In this document: positions 1 to 8,630 of the stretch, one piece after another
How positions within the stretch are numbered: the stretch's first letter is position 1
Layout of the letters: the number at the start of each line of letters is the position of its first letter
NCBI RefSeq assembly: GCF_001481685.1
Contig: NZ_CP006867.1
Location: 1,020,001 to 1,052,000, forward strand
Direction of reading: 5' to 3'
Length of the DNA stretch: 32,000 nt
DNA from: Ignicoccus islandicus DSM 13165
Lineage (GTDB): Archaea; Thermoproteota; Thermoprotei_A; Sulfolobales; Ignicoccaceae
The notes under the pieces: generated by a model
What the model saw: the letters and a program-made list of their open reading frames with translations, nothing else
The model's database searches: none
What the model was told of the DNA's origin: nothing
Made by a program: the position numbers and the translations under genes

Positions 1-2
1 TC

Positions 3-263
3 AGCTACGGCTACCCTTCCGGGCACTCAGCTAGGGCAATGTGGGTAGCGCTCCACCTATCGGAGCTGTACCCCTCGCTCAGGCCAGCGCTTTTCGCTTA
101 CGCAATTGCCGTAGGGTGGTCGAGAGTAGAGCTTTGCGAGCACTTCCCCTTAGACGTCCTCGGGGGCTACTTAGTAGCATATTCGATAAGGAAAGCATTC
201 CCACTATTAAGGTCGAGGCTCGTTGTAAACGGGGTAAGGAATGAAAATAATACGAATAGGTAA
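3..263 (+). CDS. PAP2-family phosphatase, C-terminal part (5' end lies outside the window)
   Basis: Frame-3 translation from the window edge reads SYGYPSGHSARAMWVAL...GWSRVELCEHFPLDVLGG. This contains the PAP2 signature blocks PSGH and SRxxxxxHxxxD. Confidence 0.7.
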   Translation, partial: SYGYPSGHSARAMWVALHLSELYPSLRPALFAYAIAVGWSRVELCEHFPLDVLGGYLVAYSIRKAFPLLRSRLVVNGVRNENNTNR

Positions 264-858
264 CTTCTCCATAGATGAGGCATTGAAGGAGGCTAAGAGA
301 GTTTTGGAAAAGGGAGGCTTAGTGATAGTCCCTACCGAAACCGTCTATGGAATAGCCTCTAAATTAGAGCACGCTCGAAGAATATACAAGGCGAAGAAGA
401 GGCCTAGGGACAAGCCCTTGCCGGTCCAAACGACCCTCTGTGACATTGAGAAGGTCGCTCAAATGAACGAGAAAGCCAGGCTTCTAGCTAAGAAGTTCTG
501 GCCCGGACCACTAACTATCGTTATGAAGGCCAAGCCCACCGTCCCAGAGGTAGTGACCGCCGGGACCGGTAAGGTCGGAGTTAGGGTACCGGCACACCCC
601 TTTACGCTGAGGTTACTTGAAATGGTAGGCCCGTTAGCGGTAACTTCGGCCAACTTGAGTGGAATGAAGAGCCCTAAGAGCCTAGAGGAGGTTACAGTTG
701 AAGCTGACTTAGCAATAGACGCTGGTCCCGTTAGTGGAACGCCTAGCACCGTAGTTGACGTTACGGGGCCCCAGTTGAAGATACTCAGAGAAGGGCCTAT
801 AAAGAGAAAAGACATAGAGAGAGTGATATATGGTGAGAACAAGGACTTCCTCTTCTGA
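241..858 (+). CDS. L-threonylcarbamoyladenylate synthase, YrdC/Sua5 family (short, YrdC-domain-only form)
   Basis: 205-aa ORF with VIVPTETVYGIA, KxR, PGPLT, VGVRVP and SANLSG blocks typical of YrdC/Sua5. The ATG overlaps the upstream gene end. Confidence 0.85.
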   Translation: MKIIRIGNFSIDEALKEAKRVLEKGGLVIVPTETVYGIASKLEHARRIYKAKKRPRDKPLPVQTTLCDIEKVAQMNEKARLLAKKFWPGPLTIVMKAKPTVPEVVTAGTGKVGVRVPAHPFTLRLLEMVGPLAVTSANLSGMKSPKSLEEVTVEADLAIDAGPVSGTPSTVVDVTGPQLKILREGPIKRKDIERVIYGENKDFLF

Positions 859-907
859 AACAAAGTTAATTCCTCTTCGCTCCCATTAGGCTAAATGGGT
901 AAAGGTA

Positions 908-1870
908 GTGAGGATCCTCGTCACGGGCGGAGCCGGCTTCATGGGATCAACGTTAGTGAGACACCTCCTCGAAAAGGGCTTCGAAGTGCACGTTCTAGAC
1001 GCTCTAACTTACGCCGGTAGAATAGAGAATTTAATAGAAGTAATGAACGAGATTCAGTTCCACTTAGTGGACTTGAGGGACTTCGAAGCCCTCTACGATA
1101 CTCTGAAGAGCATCGAACCGGATCTAATTTTCCACTTAGCTGCCGAGACCCACGTGGACAGAGGAATAAGGAATCCCTATCCGTTCTTGGAAAGCAACGT
1201 CAGAGGTACTCTCCACCTATTGGAGGTAATAAGGAGGCTCGACCTAAAGGCTACCCTAACTAGTACGGACGAGGTCTACGGAGACTTGTGGGGCAAGCCT
1301 CCTTGCAACGAAGAGTGTCCCCTAAGACCGTCTAACCCCTACTCGGCTTCCAAGGCCGCTGCAGACATGTTCGCCCTTTCATACATAAGGACGTATGGAG
1401 TGGAAGTGAACATAGTTAGGCCAGCCAACAACTACGGCCCTAGGCAGTACCCAGAGAAACTTATACCTAGAACCATCCTAAGGATAATGAGCGGCAAGAG
1501 GCCGCTAATACACGGAACGGGAAAGCAAATTAGGTCTTGGCTATACGTAGAGGACTTCGCCGAAGGTATAACTACAGTTGGCTTGAAGGGAAAGAAAGGA
1601 GAAATATATAACTTACCGGGCGAAAGGGAACTAAGCGTTATAGAGGTAGTTAAGACCATATTGAGGATAATGGGGAAGGACGAGGACTGGATAGAGTTCA
1701 CTGAAGACAGGCCCGGCCAAGACATGAGGTACGCCATGGTTGGGGAAAAGGTCAAGGCACTCGGCTGGGAGCCGAAGGTTACGTTTGAAGAAGGGATAAA
1801 GAGGACGGTAGATTGGTACTTGAACAACAAGTGGTGGTGGGAACCGCTTTTAAGCATTGAGAAAATTTGA
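908..1870 (+). CDS. rfbB: dTDP-glucose 4,6-dehydratase-like NAD-dependent sugar dehydratase/epimerase
   Basis: GTG start. Contains N-terminal VTGGAGFMGS Rossmann motif, TDEVYG, YSASKAAAD (catalytic YxxxK) and RPANNYGPRQ blocks characteristic of RfbB-type SDR enzymes. Confidence 0.8.
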   Translation: MRILVTGGAGFMGSTLVRHLLEKGFEVHVLDALTYAGRIENLIEVMNEIQFHLVDLRDFEALYDTLKSIEPDLIFHLAAETHVDRGIRNPYPFLESNVRGTLHLLEVIRRLDLKATLTSTDEVYGDLWGKPPCNEECPLRPSNPYSASKAAADMFALSYIRTYGVEVNIVRPANNYGPRQYPEKLIPRTILRIMSGKRPLIHGTGKQIRSWLYVEDFAEGITTVGLKGKKGEIYNLPGERELSVIEVVKTILRIMGKDEDWIEFTEDRPGQDMRYAMVGEKVKALGWEPKVTFEEGIKRTVDWYLNNKWWWEPLLSIEKI

Positions 1871-2323
1871 GATCACTTCGAACAGCTCGCCGCACTCAAC
1901 GGGCAAGTGACCCTTAACTCCGACCTCCTCATCGCTCCCTACTGCTTTAACAATGGCTTTCGCCATTTCAATTGCGTTGTTCAAAACTTCCACTGCATTA
2001 AAGCCCCTAGGGGGGTTGAATGTTAAGGTTAACCATTCCTCGTCCTCGTGGGCGCTCATTAATGCGGGCAAGGCGCGTTCTAGGGCCCTCCTATCGACCT
2101 TCCATTGATCCTTCTTCAAGTGGACTCTAATGGCCAACGGCACTACGAAGTCTTCGACGTCGTTATAGTAAAGCCTGAGGGCCACGTAAGGCCTCTCGGA
2201 AAGCACCACATCGAAGCAATAAAGTCCTTCGGAGGCGCTCTGTTGAGTTGCATCTAGGGCGTAAACGCCCCCCACTCCTAGCTCCTCGAACGCCTCGTAT
2301 AGTTCCTTCAGCGGTATTTTCAT
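1850..2323 (-). CDS. hypothetical protein (157 aa), co-transcribed with the upstream MqnA/MqnD-like gene
   Basis: Long ORF with native-looking composition. Its start overlaps the stop of the upstream gene by 4 nt. No recognisable motif. Confidence 0.55.
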   Translation of the reverse strand: MKIPLKELYEAFEELGVGGVYALDATQQSASEGLYCFDVVLSERPYVALRLYYNDVEDFVVPLAIRVHLKKDQWKVDRRALERALPALMSAHEDEEWLTLTFNPPRGFNAVEVLNNAIEMAKAIVKAVGSDEEVGVKGHLPVECGELFEVISNFLNA

Positions 2324-3135
2324 CTAACCACCCTGAACTCGGGGAGAGAGGGTATCAATCCCTTCTCGTGTGCCCTCTTATAGAGTTCCCTTAACGCCTC
2401 CTCGCCTTCCTCGCCCATATCTATAGTATACTCGTTAACGTACATTCGAACGAACCTCTCAACTAGGTCTTCGCTTAACCCCCTAGCGAAGGGAAGCGCG
2501 TACTCCAAGGCCTCCTTGGGGTGGTTTAAGGAATACTCAACCGCTTCCCTCCATATCTTAGCCCAGTCGCTGGAAATTTCCCTCTTGGCTACGTCCAATC
2601 CCAAGGGGGTCGGTAAGCCGGTCTCCTCGTACCACGCCTCTCCTAAGTCTATGACCTTCTTCAAGCCCAATTCCGAGTAAGTTATTTGACCTTCATGTAT
2701 TAGAACCCCAGCGTCTACCTCCCCTTCCAAAACGCTCTTAGGAATCTCATCGAACTTGATCACTACGTACTCGACTTCAGGTAAGTAGAGCCTAGAGAGC
2801 AATGCGGCCGTTGTGTACTTACCGGGTATGGCCACTCTCTTGCCCTTTAGGTCCTCCAAGTGGAGTTCCTCTCTGGCAACCACAACTGGGCCGTACCCCT
2901 TGCCCATGCTCGCTCCCGAGGCCAACACGTCGTATTTATCTGATACGTACGCGTAAGCGTGGGCGGAGACTGCCGTTACGTCCACTTCCCCTTTAAAGGC
3001 TAAGGCGTTAAGGGTCTCGATGTCCTCAACTACTTCCTCTACTTCGTAACCCCTTAAGTCAATTAATTTCTTCTTTATAGGGTAGAACATGAAGGCGTCG
3101 TCCGGATCAGGGCTGTGGCCTACTTTCACTTTCAA
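2320..3135 (-). CDS. MqnA/MqnD (VitK2_biosynth, DUF191) family periplasmic-binding-fold protein
   Basis: N-terminus MKVKVGHSPDPDDAFMFY matches the SPxPxDxFxF signature of futalosine-pathway MqnA/MqnD-like proteins. The length of 271 aa fits the family. Confidence 0.55.
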   Translation of the reverse strand: MKVKVGHSPDPDDAFMFYPIKKKLIDLRGYEVEEVVEDIETLNALAFKGEVDVTAVSAHAYAYVSDKYDVLASGASMGKGYGPVVVAREELHLEDLKGKRVAIPGKYTTAALLSRLYLPEVEYVVIKFDEIPKSVLEGEVDAGVLIHEGQITYSELGLKKVIDLGEAWYEETGLPTPLGLDVAKREISSDWAKIWREAVEYSLNHPKEALEYALPFARGLSEDLVERFVRMYVNEYTIDMGEEGEEALRELYKRAHEKGLIPSLPEFRVVR

Positions 3136-3213
3136 CGTGCTTTACCTCACGTTTGCAAGCGACTGACTTAATTAATTAAACACAATACCGAACTACGCAG
3201 TAGGTAACGGAAG

Positions 3214-4548
3214 TTGCTAGATGGGGTTAGGGAAGCGGTTAGGAAGTTCCTGAAGTCCTCCGCAGACTACGAGACAGCTGTTAACGCTTTCATTAAGGAA
3301 TTACAAAAGACCTTGATAAAGTCTGACGTGAACGTTAGGCTAGTCCTCCAGTTAACGAAGAAGATAAAGGAGAGGGCACTAAAGGAGAAACCCCCGCCGG
3401 GGGCCTCCAAGAGGGATTGGTTCATAAAGATAGTCTACGAGGAGCTATCCAACCTCTTCGGCGGCGACGTAGAGCCCGAAGTGAAGCCGAAGAAAGTGCC
3501 GTGGGTAGTAATGTTGGTTGGAGTCCAAGGGAGCGGCAAGACGACCACTGCAGGGAAGCTCGCCCGCTTTTACAAGGTGAGAGGTTACAAGGTGGCTCTC
3601 ATTGCCGCAGATACCTACAGGCCCGGAGCGAGGGACCAGTTAAGGCAATTAGCTGAGAGGGCCGGGGTGCTCTTTTACACGGAAGACGTCGACGACGCCG
3701 TTCAAATAGCCAAGAGGGGCGTCGAGTGGGCTAAGGGAAAAGGCGCGGAAGTGATAATAGTCGATACCGCGGGAAGGCACAAGAACGAAATTGATCTACT
3801 TAATGAGATGGAGAACATAGCTAAGGAAATATCTCCGGACGAGGTCATGTTGGTAATTGATGCAGGAATAGGCCAACAAGCGAAGGCGTTAGCAGAGAGC
3901 TTCCACAAGAGAACTCCAATAGGCAGCATCGTGGTTACGAAGCTCGACGGTACCGCTAAGGGCGGTGGAGCGCTTTCAGCAGTAGCCGTTACCGGTGCAA
4001 CGATAAAGTTCATTGGAACTGGTGAGAAACTGGACGAACTAGAAGTCTTCAAGCCGAAGAAGTTCGTTGCGAGAATACTCGGACTAGGCGATCTAGAGGG
4101 ACTGCTTGAGAGGCTAAAGGAAGTAGAGGAGTCAGGAAAGCTAGAAGAGATAAGTCAAAAGATAATTGAAAAAGGTGACCTAACTCTCGAGGACCTATAC
4201 TATCAGATAGTATCAATGAAGAAGATGGGTTCTCTGAAGAAACTACTGCAGATGTTGCCCGGAGTTGGGTTGATGGGTGGCAACGACTTACTTAAGCAAG
4301 TAGACGACAAAGTTCTGGATAAGTGGTTAGCCATAATGAACTCAATGACCATAGAGGAACTGAGGAAGCCAAACATAATAAACAGATCTAGAATGAGGAG
4401 AATAGCGATCGGGTCCGGTACTTCAGTTAAAGACGTAGAAGAGTTACTTAAACATTACAACATGTCGAAGAAGATGATCAAGCAACTGAAGAGGAAGAAG
4501 GGCATGCTGGCTAAGTTAATGAAACAGATGGAAGGCGCAGGTTTCTAA
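3214..4548 (+). CDS. srp54: signal recognition particle protein SRP54
   Basis: TTG start. GTPase motifs GVQGSGKTTT, DTAGR and TKLDG are present. The M domain is Met/Lys-rich (MKKMGSLKKLLQMLPG). Confidence 0.95.
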   Translation: MLDGVREAVRKFLKSSADYETAVNAFIKELQKTLIKSDVNVRLVLQLTKKIKERALKEKPPPGASKRDWFIKIVYEELSNLFGGDVEPEVKPKKVPWVVMLVGVQGSGKTTTAGKLARFYKVRGYKVALIAADTYRPGARDQLRQLAERAGVLFYTEDVDDAVQIAKRGVEWAKGKGAEVIIVDTAGRHKNEIDLLNEMENIAKEISPDEVMLVIDAGIGQQAKALAESFHKRTPIGSIVVTKLDGTAKGGGALSAVAVTGATIKFIGTGEKLDELEVFKPKKFVARILGLGDLEGLLERLKEVEESGKLEEISQKIIEKGDLTLEDLYYQIVSMKKMGSLKKLLQMLPGVGLMGGNDLLKQVDDKVLDKWLAIMNSMTIEELRKPNIINRSRMRRIAIGSGTSVKDVEELLKHYNMSKKMIKQLKRKKGMLAKLMKQMEGAGF

Positions 4549-5013
4549 GAACTACGCTTTATCTCGTTTCATTTCATCTCGCACTTCGTTTTCCTCAAGC
4601 GTTACCTCAAACCTCTTTATCGTTAGAACTTTCGCGCCTTTACTCCTCAACTCTACTCTCTAATTTTAGAAATGGTTTTGCTGTGATGAACGGAAGCGCC
4701 TATCTATAAGCGTTCCTTGTTCCTAATTGGATCTTTAAAAGCCGTACTTAGGAAGAGAACGCACGTGAATTTGGTAAGAGAGTTACCCCTTCTCACTGGT
4801 CGTATGGTCGGTTGACGCAATGCTACGTAGCCACCACTAAGTGTTATCTATGTAGTCGTAGTTATTAAGACAATGTCGCGAAGTATTGTTAACTTCAGAG
4901 GCGATGCCGAAGTTCTACTATACATCTAACAACTTCGGTACACCTTAAACGATACTTAAAAGCAGTCAATTAACCTCGGTCAGCGAAAGAACCTATTGTA
5001 ATGGCAGTCCTAC

Positions 5014-5055
5014 CGTGACTTCGAAGCACTGGATCGAGGACTCCGAAGGCTCGGG
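5014..5055 (-). repeat. degenerate tRNA 3'-half-like fragment A (att-like scar)
   Basis: Contains ctccgaaggc, the reverse complement of the GCCTTCGGAG anticodon arm of the tRNA-Arg at 9557-9633. It sits in the same position relative to the conserved leader as fragments B-D. It is the most decayed copy. Confidence 0.4.
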
Positions 5056-5210
5056 ACATAAAAACTGTGTTCCCGGGGAAAATCATGAATTGGAAACGGT
5101 CTTCGCAAATTCTCATCACCGCGGATATCAATGCGGATAATCTGGAAACACCGGCTTCTAGGGGAAAGACTAATTGTCCCGATGCACTTAATGTATGAGT
5201 GGGGCTAGAA
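5056..5210 (+). promoter_or_regulatory. conserved cassette leader, copy A (TATA-like box, GGAAAC motifs, vapB promoter)
   Basis: Alignable by eye with 6064-6225, 7029-7190 and 8631-8777. Shared blocks are ataaaa, a GTTCCC..GGAAA inverted repeat, catgaattggaaac, cttcgcaaat, tctggaaac and ctaattgtcccgatgcac, followed by taatgtatgagtgggg about 20 nt before the TTG start. Confidence 0.55.
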
Positions 5211-5432
5211 TTGTCCAAGGTTATAAGAGTAAGATACGAGGGTGGCGTTCTGAAGCCGCTTGAACCTCTAGGGTTTAGTGAGGGCGAGGAACTTATCGTG
5301 GAAGTGAAGAGGCAAGTAGCTGGGAAAGGTATAGAACAGTTCTTTGGAGTGGTTAAGACTAAGAAAAGGAGGACTCTCATCGGGGAGGAGGATTACTATG
5401 AACACGTCTCAGAGAGGGGTGGTGTTCCTTGA
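5199..5432 (+). CDS. AF2212-like (DUF104) antitoxin, VapB-type, cassette 1
   Basis: SKVIRVRYEGGVLKPLEPLGFSEGEELIVEV matches the AF2212/DUF104 pattern (xYENGVLKPLEPVxLxEGxxV). By comparison with cassette 2, the true start is probably the TTG at 5211. The 3' end overlaps the PIN gene. Confidence 0.8.
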   Translation: MGLELSKVIRVRYEGGVLKPLEPLGFSEGEELIVEVKRQVAGKGIEQFFGVVKTKKRRTLIGEEDYYEHVSERGGVP

Positions 5433-5868
5433 TAGTAGCATTATCATTCGCTACTTCCTAGGAGATAGCAAGGCCAAAGAGGTTCTAGAAGATGACTCTA
5501 AATTCGCTATAAACTCTATAGTTTATAGCGAGGTAGCTTTTAACCTCTTAAAACTTCTATACGTAGATAAATATAGTAGATACCAGTTTTATGACATGAA
5601 GTCGGCAATATCTAGCCGCGATAGTGACCTCCTAAGAGGATACAGGATACTCTACTCGTTCATAGACGAGCTTCTAGGCGAGGAGAGGCTAGTATTCCTC
5701 CCAATAACTTTAGAGGTAATAGAAGAGGCAACTAGGATAGCCACAGAATACGGCTTACTACCAAACGACTCACTCATAGCAGCAACATGTAAGCATTATG
5801 AAATAAACGCCATAGCCACTTTCGATGAGGACTTCAGGCGAATCCCATGGCTAAAAGTAATTCCATAA
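5398..5868 (+). CDS. PIN-domain ribonuclease toxin (VapC-type), cassette 1
   Basis: The ATG at 5398 gives MNTSQRGVVFLDSSIII (first PIN acidic residue). The C-terminus reads PNDSLIAATCKHYEINAIATFDEDFRRIPWLKVIP and is shared with cassettes 3 and 4. Confidence 0.85.
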   Translation: MNTSQRGVVFLDSSIIIRYFLGDSKAKEVLEDDSKFAINSIVYSEVAFNLLKLLYVDKYSRYQFYDMKSAISSRDSDLLRGYRILYSFIDELLGEERLVFLPITLEVIEEATRIATEYGLLPNDSLIAATCKHYEINAIATFDEDFRRIPWLKVIP

Positions 5869-6017
5869 CTCATCGATGGATTACCAAATAGGATAATCCT
5901 CTAAGAAGCATGAACCAACCTAGATTCCTGCCATGATTTAGAGTTGCAGCACAGCTTCTCAGAAAGAAGATTCTTATTCATGTAGTATTTGGTTTATATG
6001 TGTAGTACTTATGTAAC

Positions 6018-6063
6018 GGGACAGCCGGGATTTGAACCCGGGACCACGGGCTCCGAAGGCCGG
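6018..6063 (-). repeat. tRNA 3'-half-like fragment B (att-like scar)
   Basis: 6030-6061 is identical over 32 nt to 9573-9604 inside tRNA-Arg (anticodon arm 3' part, variable loop, T stem 5' strand and T loop). It then continues with a canonical T-stem 3' strand CCCGG but a non-matching acceptor strand CTGTCCC. Confidence 0.8.
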
Positions 6064-6225
6064 AGATATATAAGCAGCGTTTCCAATGGAAACCATTGAA
6101 TGGAAGCAAACTTCACAATCAGTTATCGTTAGATGATGTCATAGGTGATAACGTGGAAACAGGTTGTAGGGCTGAGGTAAATGGCTAATTGTCCCCGATG
6201 CACTAGTATAAGTGGGAGCTAGATA
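6064..6225 (+). promoter_or_regulatory. conserved cassette leader, copy B
   Basis: Contains atatataag, gtttccaatggaaac (6079-6093), cattgaatggaagc, cttcacaat, an inverted repeat GTTATC/GATAAC (6122-6127 / 6147-6152), gtggaaac, ctaattgtccccgatgcac and tagtataagtggg. Confidence 0.55.
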
Positions 6226-6429
6226 TTGTCTAAAGTCGTAAGGGTAAGATATGAGAAGGGAGTACTCAAGCCGCTGGATAGGATTGAGTTTCGGGAGGGA
6301 GAGGAGTTACGGGTTGTGATACTTCCTAGGGAGTTCCCTGAGCTTCTAAGAGAAGTTGAGGTAGAGGCTAAGGAAGACATCGATAAAGTGCTCAGGGAGG
6401 CCCGTGAGAGATGGAGACAGTGGTATTAG
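6226..6429 (+). CDS. AF2212-like (DUF104) antitoxin, cassette 2
   Basis: TTG start. MSKVVRVRYEKGVLKPLDRIEFREGEELRVVI matches the family pattern. Confidence 0.8.
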   Translation: MSKVVRVRYEKGVLKPLDRIEFREGEELRVVILPREFPELLREVEVEAKEDIDKVLREARERWRQWY

Positions 6430-6888
6430 ATAGCAGCGTCATCGTTAAGGCTATCGTAAAGCCTGGGCACTGGCTTCCAATCGAGGTGTATCGTAGAGAA
6501 GCTGAGACGCATAAGAAAGCCAGAAAAGTAATTGAACTCCTAAAACAAAGAAATCGCACGGTCGTTTTCCCATTTCCCGTTCTAGTCGAAGTTGCCGCTG
6601 TGATATCTAGGCTTGTAAGTAGAGAGTTGGCTGAGAACAATTGAATCACTCCGTACCACTACGAACTACATAGTCGTTGACGAGAAAGATATACGAGAGG
6701 AAGCAATCAAGGTTGCCATCGAAACAGGTAGCTCGGGCTTTGACGCATATGTTTTGGCGACTGCGTTAAAGTATAATGCTGTACTTATAACAGACGATGA
6801 GCCAATGAGCATACATGCCAAGAAAGAAAAACTGGAATACATCCTTCTACGGAGTGTATCATTAAGTGAGCTCGAGGATTTAATCTAG
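6411..6888 (+). pseudogene. PIN-domain toxin gene, frameshifted, different PIN subfamily from cassettes 1, 3 and 4
   Basis: The N-terminal part METVVLDSSVIVKAI... stops at 6644. The +1 frame continues as ...NYIVVDEKDIREEAIKVAIETGSSGFDAYVLATALKYNAVLITDDEPM... to the TAG at 6886-6888, which is a typical PIN C-terminal half. Confidence 0.7.
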
Positions 6889-6981
6889 AATTTCTTGTTA
6901 TACCTTGAGAACATTTACAGGCTCATTCGAATACTTAACTCTTAGTCTTAGAATTTTTTGAAAACAAGATGAACACGTATG

Positions 6982-7028
6982 TGGCACCCGCCGGGATTTG
7001 GAACCGGGACTACGGGCTTCATAGGCTT
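6982..7028 (-). repeat. tRNA 3'-half-like fragment C (att-like scar)
   Basis: The reverse complement reads AAGCCTATGAAGCCCGTAGTCCCGGTTCCAAATCCCGGCGGGTGCCA. This is a diverged copy of the tRNA-Arg 3' portion. Its terminal CGGGTGCC resembles the expected acceptor strand CGGGGCC with one extra base. Confidence 0.65.
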
Positions 7029-7190
7029 GGGGCTTATAAACCATGTTTCCAAGAGAAACCATGAATTAGAAACGCCCTTCACAAATGGTTACCGCTAGAG
7101 GTATCAGAGCGAATAATCTGGAAACACGCTGTAGGGTTGGGGTAAAGCGCTAATTGCCCTGATGCACCTAATGTATAAGTGGGGCTAGAA
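7029..7190 (+). promoter_or_regulatory. conserved cassette leader, copy C
   Basis: Contains cttataaacc, gtttccaagagaaac (7045-7059), catgaattagaaac, cttcacaaat, an inverted repeat CGCT/AGCG (7093-7096 / 7108-7111), tctggaaac (7117-7125), ctaattgccctgatgcac and taatgtataagtgggg. Confidence 0.55.
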
Positions 7191-7391
7191 TTGTCCAAGG
7201 TTATAAGAGTAAGATACGAGAAGGGCGTGCTAAAGCCTCTAGAGCCAGTAGAACTTAGAGAAGGTGAAGAGATAGTCGTCTTTATACGTAAGCGTAGGGT
7301 TGGCGAGGTTCTTAAGAAGTATGCTGGAATGTTTGGTAGGGCTGACATAGAGGAGCTAAGGAAGTACGAGGAGGAGGCCCAGGCACAGTGA
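7179..7391 (+). CDS. AF2212-like (DUF104) antitoxin, cassette 3
   Basis: SKVIRVRYEKGVLKPLEPVELREGEEIVVFI matches the family pattern. The likely true start is the TTG at 7191. The stop overlaps the PIN GTG start (GTGA). Confidence 0.85.
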   Translation: MGLELSKVIRVRYEKGVLKPLEPVELREGEEIVVFIRKRRVGEVLKKYAGMFGRADIEELRKYEEEAQAQ

Positions 7392-7840
7392 GCAAGGTGT
7401 TCATTGACACCAATATATTTTACAACATATTATTTGAGACCGGTCTCACTCAGATAGCTCGAAAGTTACTAGAAGATTATGAAGAAAACATGTTCTACAC
7501 AAGTATAACTGTGGTGAACGAGCTACTCTACATATCCACAAGAAAGCACTACCAAACCACTGGAGAGATTAGCGGACCTTATAGCCTAAGAAGGCTAATA
7601 GCGAGCAAAGGGTATCCCAAGCTTATCGTCGACGGTATACGTAAACTATTAAGAGACCTTGAAGTGGAAGTACTAATAGAAACCGTAGGTTATCAGGATA
7701 TGATAGAAACAGCGAGTAGCCTAAATCTCCTGCCGAGCGACACCATCATAGCACTGACATGCAGACACTACGGCATTGATACTATCCTAACCTTTGACGA
7801 GGACTTCAAGCGTGTTCCATGGCTCAAGGTTATTCCCTAA
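7388..7840 (+). CDS. PIN-domain ribonuclease toxin (VapC-type), cassette 3
   Basis: MSKVFIDTNIF... at the N-terminus and LPSDTIIALTCRHYGIDTILTFDEDFKRVPWLKVIP at the C-terminus. There is a 4-nt overlap with the antitoxin gene. Confidence 0.9.
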   Translation: MSKVFIDTNIFYNILFETGLTQIARKLLEDYEENMFYTSITVVNELLYISTRKHYQTTGEISGPYSLRRLIASKGYPKLIVDGIRKLLRDLEVEVLIETVGYQDMIETASSLNLLPSDTIIALTCRHYGIDTILTFDEDFKRVPWLKVIP

Positions 7841-7868
7841 ATATGAGCCAGACCTACTCTGATTCAAT

Positions 7869-8078
7869 GTGCGTTGTTTGGTGAAACCCAGCTCTTTCAA
7901 GCTTAAGTTCTTGTACTATATGAGTTCTCTACTAATGTTATTTCTCTCAATACTTGTTTTAATAGCCCCTATAGGCGCTGTAGTTTCAATGGCTAGCAAT
8001 GAAAAGGTTTACCCGGTTATTCCAATAGTGTTTGTAAGTCTATTTATATTCTCCATGTTAGGGTTTTATGCGAGTTGA
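7869..8078 (+). CDS. possible small two-helix membrane protein
   Basis: The ORF has two hydrophobic stretches (LLMLFLSILVLIAPIGAVV and VIPIVFVSLFIFSMLGF). It lies in an AT-rich spacer between cassettes 3 and 4. An internal ATG at 7920 is a possible alternative start. Confidence 0.3.
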   Translation: MRCLVKPSSFKLKFLYYMSSLLMLFLSILVLIAPIGAVVSMASNEKVYPVIPIVFVSLFIFSMLGFYAS

Positions 8079-8587
8079 TTCCCCTTACTTAGAAGGTTAC
8101 ACAGCCATACTATTGTGGTGACAAGGTGGTACGACCCCACAATACCTAGAGAATATAGGACTCAAAATGAGGCGCGTGTCATGGTTCTTCGAAAGGAGCA
8201 GATATTATGAAGCAACAATTAGTGGCAAAACATTAATAACAATCTCTGTAAATCTGCACATACCTAGAATATTTAGGGAAAAGGAGAATTACCTACGGTA
8301 AAAGTAGCCATTTACTTAATACCAAAGGATATGGGCGAAGCAGAGAAAACCCGGCTCGAGAAGGCTATACAAAAAGCTATGGATAAGAATAAGCCTATCA
8401 TCCATTGATGAGCCATAGACGTTGTTTCGTGTAGAGAATACGCAACTTGCTCATCGTTAACTAGCGGAGACACGTTATCGCATTGCATGGGTTTATCCTT
8501 TGACAACCTTGTAGTCTCATTATATCTAGACTAAGACGGAAAAGTAGCACGAAAGAACGCACATAGAAATAAGTACTTTTGAGTAGC

Positions 8588-8630
8588 AGGACCACCGGGA
8601 TTTGAACCCGACCCCGACTCACCAGTGCCC
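8588..8630 (-). repeat. tRNA 3'-half-like fragment D (att-like scar)
   Basis: The reverse complement reads GGGCACTGGTGAGTCGGGGTCGGGTTCAAATCCCGGTGGTCCT. A T arm (CGGG TTCAAAT CCCG) plus acceptor-like tail is present. It occupies the same position relative to the leader as fragments A-C. Confidence 0.6.

Noticed and set aside
4549-4670. Minus-strand reading frame ...RVELRSKGAKVLTIKRFEVTLEENEVRDEMKRDKA* as a remnant of a decayed gene
   Set aside because: It has only about 35 codons, no start codon and no recognisable motif. It may be a gene fragment at the island border, but this is unsupported.
4683-4760. C-box-like GTGATGA at 4683-4689 as the start of a C/D box sRNA
   Set aside because: No CTGA D box occurs within the following roughly 80 nt, and there are no terminal complementary ends.
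4907-4938. 8-bp perfect inverted repeat CCGAAGTT ... AACTTCGG with a 16-nt loop in the SRP54-to-cassette spacer
   Set aside because: This is an isolated hairpin with no conserved counterpart in the other cassettes and no adjacent gene end. A function cannot be assigned.
4970-5380. Minus-strand ORFs 4970-5380 and 7079-7348 across the cassette leaders and antitoxin genes, considered as possible split integrase remnants
   Set aside because: They are antisense to the well-supported antitoxin ORFs. The parts crossing the leader and tRNA fragments are not conserved at the protein level between copies, because stops and indels differ. The shared GLRSPWSRVQI-type strings are just translated tRNA sequence.
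8167-8410. Two adjacent short frames (MRRVSWFFERSRYYEATISGKTLITISVNLHIPRIFREKENYLR* followed by ...KVAIYLIPKDMGEAEKTRLEKAIQKAMDKNKPIIH*) that could be one frameshifted small gene
   Set aside because: Both pieces are under 50 codons, no family was recognised, and the frameshift is hypothetical. The opposite-strand ORFs 8312-8506 and 8461-8658 look equally weak.
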